This document shows, piece by piece, positions 14,444-20,723 of a stretch of DNA of 20,723 bases. Source of the DNA: a bacterium (lineage in GTDB: Bacteria > Zhuqueibacterota > Zhuqueibacteria > Oceanimicrobiales > Oceanimicrobiaceae); NCBI GenBank assembly GCA_046757165.1, contig JBHHXT010000078.1, forward strand, positions 1-20,723, written 5' to 3'. Positions within the stretch are counted from its first letter, which is position 1. Each line of letters begins with the position of its first letter. The translations under genes and the position numbers were made by a program. The notes under the pieces were generated by a model, which saw nothing but the letters and a program-made list of their open reading frames with translations, was not told the origin of the DNA and searched no databases.

Positions 14444-17400
14444 CTATTTGACCAAAAGCATCTTGCGTGTGAAGACCAGATTGTCGCTCTTCATCCGCAC
14501 GAAGTAAATGCCCGCAGCAACCTGCTCTCCCTTCTCATTATGGCCATCCCATAGGATGCTGTAGCTGCCAGCCTGCCGCACGCCGTCAAACAAGGTCCGG
14601 ATGCGTTGTCCCAGCATGTTGTAGACCTGCAAAGAGACAGGTCCCGTTCCGGCAACATCATAGTTGATGACCGTACTAGGGTTGAACGGATTCGGATAGT
14701 TCTGCGACAACTGGAAGGCTGTTGGCAGTGTCATGCCACCGTCCGGAGTTTCCACATCCGAGATCACATCGAGCAAACGCGGCAAGTGGAAGTCGATGCC
14801 ATCCGCTATCCCCGGGCTGGTCACGGTCACCTCACCGGCTCCGGAGGGGATGTTATCTGCAAACGGGATAAATGATGCCGGATCGCCGCCGCCTAAGAGG
14901 AGCCGGAACAAGAACGAAAACAGGTCAAACTCTGCGAGATCGGGCACCACGATCTGGTCCGGATAATAAAGGTCTGCAAACAACTCAATATTTAATTGTC
15001 CGAGCAGGTCGTCTCCCGAATCCAGCAGTCCGAAGAGCAAGGCCAGCGGGTCGCCTCCGAGGTCGCCGGCGAGGTCCAATTGTTCCAGCAGCAAGAATAT
15101 CTGAAACAGCGAGAATGTGCGCACATAATAGGTGCCTGTGCCCAGACCCGGGATAAAATATTCTCCGGGCTGAGACGCAGAGCCGGCCGAAAGCGTGGTT
15201 GCAGCGAGCTGACCCGGAGGCAGTACTGGAAACCCACTCAAGCCAGCAGAGACAACGTGACCGGTGCCATCGTAGGCGAGAACGAGAACCCCATTGAGCG
15301 GCACAGAGCCGTCGAGGTTGGTCACCATGCCGCGAATGACGCCCAGAGCGGTGGCGAGGTTGATGTCAGCAACGGTCGCGGCCCCTGCTGTGACGGCCAC
15401 AGGCGTGGAATTGGCCGCGTCAAATGTCGTGCCGCCGCCATGATAGGTGACGGAGAACGCCGGCGCGACCGGCAACGCCGCCACCTTGTAGCTGCCTGGT
15501 GGCAGGCCGAATATCTTGAATCCGCCGGAAAAAGTCGTTTCAGCACCGCCCGCAACCGCTCCGCTCGTGGCCTCATAAGCGACAACAAAGGTTGTGGATA
15601 ATGAATCCGCCCCGACCGGAAACCCCGGCGCGATATTGACAAAGCCTTCAATGCTTCCGGCGCGCACCATGTTGAAATCAATGTCAGGCGTTACGACCGG
15701 AGCGGTGACCAGGACCGGGGTCGCCTCCTCGGGCGTGGCTGCGCCATCATAGAACTGTGGCAGGTAGAGCACGAGATCTTGCGGGTTGAGGGTGTCAGCC
15801 GGTACAACCAGACCCAGAAGGACAAACGTGCCGCTCGGCAGGGGCGCCACGACATATTCGCCGGTTGTGCTGTCAAAGACAGGAAAGGCGATTTCCGGCA
15901 GCCCCGTCTCGACATTGAACGCGAACACAAGGCCGGTCCCCACGATGGGCGTCACCCCATCGGTGGCTTCGACAAACCGCCCGCTGATGGCGCCAGCACG
16001 GTCGAGGACAAAATCGATCCCCTCGTGCGTTTCAGGTACCGTGACCTCCACGGGGGTCGCCTGATCCAGATCAAAAATACTCTGGACATTGTCATAGTAT
16101 TCGTCGATGACCATCTCCTCGAGTGGGACGTCTCCACTTAGAAGGGCGGTCAAGAGCGAAACCGTTCGCAAGATGTACGGCCCGGGGGACAAACCAGTAA
16201 TGGTGTAAGTACCGGAAGCATCCGAAAAGGCCACGCCAAAATCGATGGCATCAAAAAAGAACTTGCCTAAATTCTCAGCGTCCACTCTGACCGCAATCAC
16301 CAGCACGGAATCGAGCGCGGTGCCGGCATCATCGGTAATGGTTCCCGAGATGCCGCCAGCGGTGTCCAGCTCGAAGTCGATGTCCGGGATCGTATCCAGG
16401 TCGACGGCGGTAACCGGCGTGGCCAGGTCTGAGGTCGGGGCGTCATCGAAGTACTCTCCGCGGACACCCGGGGCGTCGGGGGACAAGAAGCTGGTGAAGT
16501 TGTCGGCATAGACAACATAGTCGCCCGCATCCAGCCCCTCGACGATGTACTCGCCGAAGACGTCGGAAACACCAAGTCCCTGAATCGTGGTGTCGGCAAC
16601 GTTGAAGGCGAAAACAAAAGAGAGAAACAGCGGGCCCGACGGGCCGGTGACGGTTCCCGCGATCGCTGCCCCCTGCGGTGCATCCGGTGCGGCCTCGAGG
16701 CTAAAGTCGATGTTCGTAAGCTCGGTGTCGAGTGTTGGAATGTCGACCACATCGGCGCTCTCGAAATCCGGCTTGTTGTCAAAGAATTCTGGCAGAAACC
16801 CGGCAACCAGGGCCGCAATCTTGAACATGCCGGTTGTGGGAAGATTGAAGGTGTAGGCGCCATCGGCATCCGTCACGGTATCCACTTCACGGGGAAGACC
16901 AAACGGGTCGACGCGGAAGATGGCGAAATGCACGTTTTGGCTCCCGATCGGCGTCGTGCCGTCAGCCTGAAAAATGTGACCGCTCACGGTGGCGCCTTGC
17001 AGCAGGTCGAAGTCGATGCCGCCTGCCTCCCCGCCCTCGGGTACGGTCACCAGGGTTGCATCGCGCCAGTTCCGAAAGCCATTCAGGGGAACATCATCAA
17101 AAAACTCATCGACATAGCGGCTGTGCGTCAACACGCGGTAGTCAGCCGCCGGCAAATCGACAATACTGTAGTTGCCCGCCGCATCAACCATCGCATGGCC
17201 GGCCGGGAATCCGTGCACGGTGAATGCGACCACTTCGACAAAACCTGTCGGTGCGGCCCCCTCGATGGTAACGGTGCCGGCAATCGATCCGACCGCGGAC
17301 GTTGACTGAAGGAGGTCCCGTTGTGATTTCAACCTCCTTGTCAGTTCCGCCAGGTCCACGCCCTGCGCCATGGCGTTATCGATGGCTTTCACATAAGCCG

Positions 17401-17683
17401 CCATTTTCTGCTCAACCGGAAAGTCACGCATCTTTTGCCGGAAGATTTCATCCATCTTCGCCTGCTCGACGTGCGCTTTCACGCCCTGCAGAAACATCTC
17501 GTTGGCTTTTGCAAGCTCGAGCTTTTCTGTGATTTCCTTGTTTGCGGCGACCTTGCCAAAGGACAATGCGCCATCCTTGCCAGCACCGAACGCCTGACTC
17601 AACGCCACAGCCAGAAACAAAAAGCCAGCCAACAGCAGGTATGCTGACTTTCTGAACGCTCCATCCTTAACTTTGTTTGTCAT
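14444..17683 (-). CDS. Secreted protein with 7 carboxypeptidase-regulatory-like beta-sandwich repeats and a C-terminal FlgD-Ig/T9SS-type-A-like sorting domain
   Basis: RBS AGGAGG and a signal peptide. Seven units begin GxIxGxV and end (G/D/N)IDFxL. C-terminus LSQNYPNPFNPSTVINY...WDGHNEKGEQVAAGIYF...RKMLLVK. Confidence 0.88.
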   Translation of the reverse strand: MTNKVKDGAFRKSAYLLLAGFLFLAVALSQAFGAGKDGALSFGKVAANKEITEKLELAKANEMFLQGVKAHVEQAKMDEIFRQKMRDFPVEQKMAAYVKAIDNAMAQGVDLAELTRRLKSQRDLLQSTSAVGSIAGTVTIEGAAPTGFVEVVAFTVHGFPAGHAMVDAAGNYSIVDLPAADYRVLTHSRYVDEFFDDVPLNGFRNWRDATLVTVPEGGEAGGIDFDLLQGATVSGHIFQADGTTPIGSQNVHFAIFRVDPFGLPREVDTVTDADGAYTFNLPTTGMFKIAALVAGFLPEFFDNKPDFESADVVDIPTLDTELTNIDFSLEAAPDAPQGAAIAGTVTGPSGPLFLSFVFAFNVADTTIQGLGVSDVFGEYIVEGLDAGDYVVYADNFTSFLSPDAPGVRGEYFDDAPTSDLATPVTAVDLDTIPDIDFELDTAGGISGTITDDAGTALDSVLVIAVRVDAENLGKFFFDAIDFGVAFSDASGTYTITGLSPGPYILRTVSLLTALLSGDVPLEEMVIDEYYDNVQSIFDLDQATPVEVTVPETHEGIDFVLDRAGAISGRFVEATDGVTPIVGTGLVFAFNVETGLPEIAFPVFDSTTGEYVVAPLPSGTFVLLGLVVPADTLNPQDLVLYLPQFYDGAATPEEATPVLVTAPVVTPDIDFNMVRAGSIEGFVNIAPGFPVGADSLSTTFVVAYEATSGAVAGGAETTFSGGFKIFGLPPGSYKVAALPVAPAFSVTYHGGGTTFDAANSTPVAVTAGAATVADINLATALGVIRGMVTNLDGSVPLNGVLVLAYDGTGHVVSAGLSGFPVLPPGQLAATTLSAGSASQPGEYFIPGLGTGTYYVRTFSLFQIFLLLEQLDLAGDLGGDPLALLFGLLDSGDDLLGQLNIELFADLYYPDQIVVPDLAEFDLFSFLFRLLLGGGDPASFIPFADNIPSGAGEVTVTSPGIADGIDFHLPRLLDVISDVETPDGGMTLPTAFQLSQNYPNPFNPSTVINYDVAGTGPVSLQVYNMLGQRIRTLFDGVRQAGSYSILWDGHNEKGEQVAAGIYFVRMKSDNLVFTRKMLLVK

Positions 17684-17787
17684 AACGCCTCCTTGTTATT
17701 TGGTTGATTGGATTGAATTAGTATTGTTCCGTGTGGAATAAATAAATTATCTGTGGGTTTCTTCAATCAGTGGGTTCATATATTTAG

Positions 17788-17812
17788 TTGGTTCCGGCTT
17801 CGCCGGCGTGAG
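17788..17812 (-). repeat. Head motif of the MITE-like element (degenerate copy)
   Basis: Reverse complement CTCACGCCGGCGAAGCCGGAACCAA resembles CTAACCCGGACGAGCCGGAACCA at 424-446. Degenerate ATCTGTGG/ATCAGTGG units lie adjacent. Confidence 0.55.
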
Positions 17813-17829
17813 TATTTCGCATCAGGGTG

Positions 17830-17858
17830 AAAGTAAATAGGATTTAACAATTTATCAA
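17830..17858 (-). promoter_or_regulatory. Putative sigma70-type promoter for the 1079-aa gene
   Basis: Minus strand TTGATA - 17 nt - TACTTT. Confidence 0.4.
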
Positions 17859-17888
17859 GACAAAAATCATAAAGAAATGTTAACAATC

Positions 17889-19223
17889 TTAGTATCGATG
17901 AATGAGCTTGAAGCGACCCATTCCTGCTTTGTCCAGGAAAACAAACCTTCGGTCCATGTTCTTATAGTACCAGATTTCATAGTAACGGCAGGTCTGTTCG
18001 TACCGGAGGCGGTGTTGCTCTGACGGCGGTCCGTGCAGAATGTAAATCCGGCCGCGATCGCTGTCGCATCCTGATTGCGCCAGGACAAAGTTCGAGTAGT
18101 GTTTGACGGCGTAGTCTACGCGCTCCTGGAACAATTCTCGCAGCTCATTTCTTTCGGTTTCCGGAGTGGGGTCGCGCTGCTGCCAGAACTGCTCGAGCCG
18201 CTGCACCCGCTCAGCTTCACCGGCGTTCATCAACGCCCTAAACTCGTCGCGGCCAGCTATGTAGCGCATGGCAGACAGGGTGTAATTGGCGCGCTCCTTT
18301 TGCAGGAAGAGCGGTGACGGCTCCCAGTGTTGAATCTCGAAATGCGAACGGGCGCTGCCCTTATGCCCGCCTGCGCGTGCCTCGACGACCAGAATGTATT
18401 TTCCCGGCCACCAGACCAACTGTCTGAGTGGAATCATTTTGTTCAGCCTGCCGTGCCGCATGCGGACGGTTTCGTCTCGATTCAGAAGGCGGTCCCCGGT
18501 CTGATTATAGATGCGGTAGTTGAGCCAGACCGAGTCCCGGGCAGAAGAATAGATCTCGAAATAAGCCCCGAATTCCGAATCCACCTCCTGCCAGGTCCGG
18601 AGCAGATTCGGAGAGCTCAGGACCAGGCCGTCCCCGTCGTACTCCCGCCTGTCGACAAAAGCCAGGTCGCTGAGCACGACCGGTTCTGAAAAATCATCGA
18701 CAACAACGCTCTTCCTGCAAACCAGGTTGCGGTCTGTTTCCAGGTCGGTGAACTCGATGTAAAGCTGGTAGCGCCCGGCGGGCAGGCTGAACCGCCAGTG
18801 GGTGCGCGTGACATGTTTCCTGGAATTTGTCTCTTCGTAAACCGCGGTTTCCAGGCCGTCCCGGTCGATCGTGCCCGCGACTCGCTCGCCAGCAGCGTTC
18901 AGGAGCTCCACCACAATTTCGTATTCTGCCAGATAACGCCCGCCCTGCAAGCGAAATTGCAGCAGGTCATGGACAAATTCGACAAATATATTGAGCACGG
19001 CCGTTTCGCGATCCTGCGTGGCAAAGACGAAGGTATCGCAGAGAAATTTCGGTCGCTCGCGCTCAGTCTGAAAGGTAACCTTTGCTTCAATCTGGTCCGG
19101 CCTTAGATGAGCAGAAACTGAGTAGAGAGGACTGACTGATAAAGTCACAGCAGCAAGCAGCGTGAATAACCTGCACATGGATCCGTCCCGAGTTTTGTGA
19201 AGCCACAGCCACAGTTGTGACAC
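17889..19223 (-). CDS. GWxTD-domain protein (degenerate motif)
   Basis: C-terminal FWQQRDPTPETERNE...RVDYA...GCDSDRGRIYILHGPP...YEIWYY...FVFLD. An alternative ATG start at 19178 gives a clean signal peptide (MCRLFTLLAAVTLSV). Confidence 0.88.
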   Translation of the reverse strand: MSQLWLWLHKTRDGSMCRLFTLLAAVTLSVSPLYSVSAHLRPDQIEAKVTFQTERERPKFLCDTFVFATQDRETAVLNIFVEFVHDLLQFRLQGGRYLAEYEIVVELLNAAGERVAGTIDRDGLETAVYEETNSRKHVTRTHWRFSLPAGRYQLYIEFTDLETDRNLVCRKSVVVDDFSEPVVLSDLAFVDRREYDGDGLVLSSPNLLRTWQEVDSEFGAYFEIYSSARDSVWLNYRIYNQTGDRLLNRDETVRMRHGRLNKMIPLRQLVWWPGKYILVVEARAGGHKGSARSHFEIQHWEPSPLFLQKERANYTLSAMRYIAGRDEFRALMNAGEAERVQRLEQFWQQRDPTPETERNELRELFQERVDYAVKHYSNFVLAQSGCDSDRGRIYILHGPPSEQHRLRYEQTCRYYEIWYYKNMDRRFVFLDKAGMGRFKLIHRY

Positions 19224-19284
19224 CTATTATCGTCCCCTACCTGGCCGGTCTAAACGCCGGATGCGGTTATTCTGCCCAGATTTT

Positions 19285-19319
19285 TCGAATTTGGAGCTTC
19301 AGATTTCGGATTTAGAATT
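19285..19319. repeat. Five degenerate 7-nt tandem units
   Basis: TCGAATT TGGAGCT TCAGATT TCGGATT TAGAATT. Confidence 0.6.
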
Positions 19320-19371
19320 TCCGGTTGTCAAATCCCGCGCCTTCTGCGGGGCTCATCGCCTGGACTTTTTC

Positions 19372-19400
19372 TTGACATTCTCGTCACGTTTCGCTACGTT
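19372..19400 (+). promoter_or_regulatory. Putative sigma70-type promoter with no clear downstream gene
   Basis: TTGACA (19372-19377) - 17 nt - TACGTT (19395-19400). Confidence 0.45.
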
Positions 19401-19582
19401 TTATCAATCCCTATCTCCAACGACGATTTCCACTCTCGATTGCATGCATCTGCGGCGGCGACCTCTGATTCTCAGGAAGGGAGAAAGCGATGTAATTGTC
19501 AAACGGTTTATTTGCCGAATGCACCCGAGTGAAAATATTCAAAGGTTCGATGAAGTTCCCCCGCCGGGAGCCTGGGAGGGGT

Positions 19583-19630
19583 TAGTACCTGACGAGTAAT
19601 CTTTTGCAACTTTTTGGCAAGACTTTTTGC
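19583..19630 (-). repeat. Tail motif of the MITE-like element, next to the integrase 3' end
   Basis: Reverse complement GCAAAAAGTCTTGCCAAAAAGTTGCAAAAGATTACTCGTCAGGTACTA aligns with 540-588 GCAGTAAAGTCTTGGCAAAAAACGTCAAGACGTTACAACTCAGCGCCTA. Confidence 0.6.
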
Positions 19631-19657
19631 AGCCCCAGTCTCTTTCGAAATTGGAGT

Positions 19658-20530
19658 TTACGCCCCAAAATCCAAAGGACTTTGGGCTTCTTTAATGGTT
19701 GTGCTTTTTACCGTGTGCGTATAGATCATCGTGGTTTTGATATCACCATGACCCAAAAGCTCCTGGATGGTTCGAATATCATAGTTGGCTTGCAGGAGAT
19801 GACTGGCAAAACTGTGTCGAAACGTGTGGGCGGTGGCGGGCTTGGTTATCCGGGCCTTATAAACCGCCTTCCTGATCGCCTTTTGGACATGAGTCGGGTG
19901 CAGATGGTAGCGTTTTCGTTCATCGGTTTCGGGGACGAGTGTCAATGCTTTCGCCGGAAAGAGCCATTGCCAGATAAATTCTTTTGCGGCACTCGCGGAT
20001 TTTTTCTCGAACGCGCCAAACATGAACGTGCCATGATAATCTGCTTGCAGATCTTTCTGATGCAAATTATGCACGCGACGAATTTGGTCTTTTAGCTCAT
20101 CCAAAATGGCGTATGGAATCGGCACGGTTCTGTCTTTTTGTCCTTTGCCGTCATGCAAATCAGCAAGGAGCTGGTCCCAGGCGGCCTGTTGCGGGGTCAA
20201 AACCCGCGAAGATTGCTCTGGCAGTTCCTGGTTTCGAACAGCCGCCGGTGTGGGTGAGTCATGCGCAGCATCATGCTCGGGAAAAGCATAATACAAATTG
20301 ATGGCATGACCAGCCTCTTTTTGCTGCCGCACATTTTGACCTTTCTCATGCAGCTTTTTGATAAACAGCGGCAACGAAGCGCGCCGGTTGGGAGCATGGT
20401 GGTATTTGTTGCAAAAATCAAGATAGAAGCGCAGCCATTTCAAGTAGGTGTTGTGGCTGTGTCGCGGGACCTCACGCTGCGTCAACAGGCGGGTATATTC
20501 GTTTTTCAACTGCGCCGGTATCTCGAGCAT
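19658..20530 (-). pseudogene. intI: Integron integrase with a large in-frame internal deletion
   Basis: Contains [12 protein letters not shown], the IntI-specific insertion ([20 protein letters not shown]...RYHLH) and box [14 protein letters not shown]...[10 protein letters not shown]...TTMIYTH. The N-terminal SAM-like domain ([12 protein letters not shown]) is present, but box I (YGxGLRxxE) is absent. Start taken at ATG 20530 (MLEIPAQ). Confidence 0.85.
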
Positions 20531-20654
20531 CGGACTTATCCAGTTTCCCGATATCGCCCTCTGTGGGGATGTTATGCAGTTAGCTTTCTTGCTATATACG
20601 GATTTTTGGTTGCAAGTCAATAGAAAAACTGTAACCATTGGGGAGATAGCGAGA

Positions 20655-20678
20655 AAACTATGGAATTATTTGTTGGCT
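20655..20678 (+). other. Probable attI site with crossover G/TT at 20672
   Basis: AT-rich tract ending in GTTGGCT, upstream of and divergent from intI. GTTGGC is complementary to the GCCAAC of the next attC. Confidence 0.45.
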
Positions 20679-20693
20679 CCGACGCTTCGCGCC

Positions 20694-20723
20694 CGCCAAC
20701 GTGGCGCTTCAGCGGATAAACCG
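20694..20723 (+). other. Left half of an attC site (cut by the window end)
   Basis: R'' CGCCAAC, a 5-nt spacer GTGGC, L''-like GCTTCAGC, then GGA. This is the usual attC left-arm layout. Confidence 0.6.

Noticed and set aside
19261..19599. 112-aa ORF
   Set aside because: It runs through heptamer repeats and a promoter-like region and has no recognisable domain.
19607..19630. Third copy of the CAACTTTTT ECF promoter
   Set aside because: It lacks TGTA at the required spacing and belongs to the repeat-element tail.
19604..20095. 163-aa plus-strand ORF
   Set aside because: It is antisense to the conserved integrase catalytic region, with no independent evidence.
20531..20638. 36-aa N-terminal extension of the integrase in the ORF track
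   Set aside because: It lies in the AT-rich promoter/attI region. ATG 20530 gives a more typical start.
1..20723. tRNA, rRNA or transposase genes
   Set aside because: None was recognisable by eye. A covariance-model search was not possible.

Overview
Chromosomal window from a Gram-negative bacterium, probably of the FCB group (KSB1/Calditrichaeota/Zixibacteria-like). This is inferred from a GWxTD protein and a secreted protein with a NYPNPFNP/FlgD-Ig C-terminal tail. From left to right it holds: (1) a truncated PIN-domain gene; (2) a co-oriented signalling cluster of PrsW-family intramembrane protease, RsbW-like kinase, STAS anti-anti-sigma, ECF sigma, membrane anti-sigma, a membrane-anchored protein made of 25 gap-free 9-aa repeats (consensus FQELMAxAR), and a 990-aa exported HEXXH-peptidase/beta-propeller/putative beta-barrel protein; (3) a GldA/GldF-GldG/DUF4340 ABC module; (4) a Uma2 endonuclease; (5) a 1079-aa secreted beta-sandwich-repeat protein; (6) a GWxTD protein; (7) an internally deleted integron integrase followed by a probable attI crossover and an ORF-less first cassette. 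The best candidate for an undescribed system is 617-8244. The sigma gene and the repeat gene share an identical ECF-like promoter (CCAACTTTTT-N11-TGTA), and the anti-sigma and the repeat protein share a juxtamembrane [ND][LV][TS]GT[LI] motif. Intergenic regions are full of related palindromic, short-period repeat elements, some with conserved head and tail ends. All family assignments come from motif recognition by eye; no searches were run.
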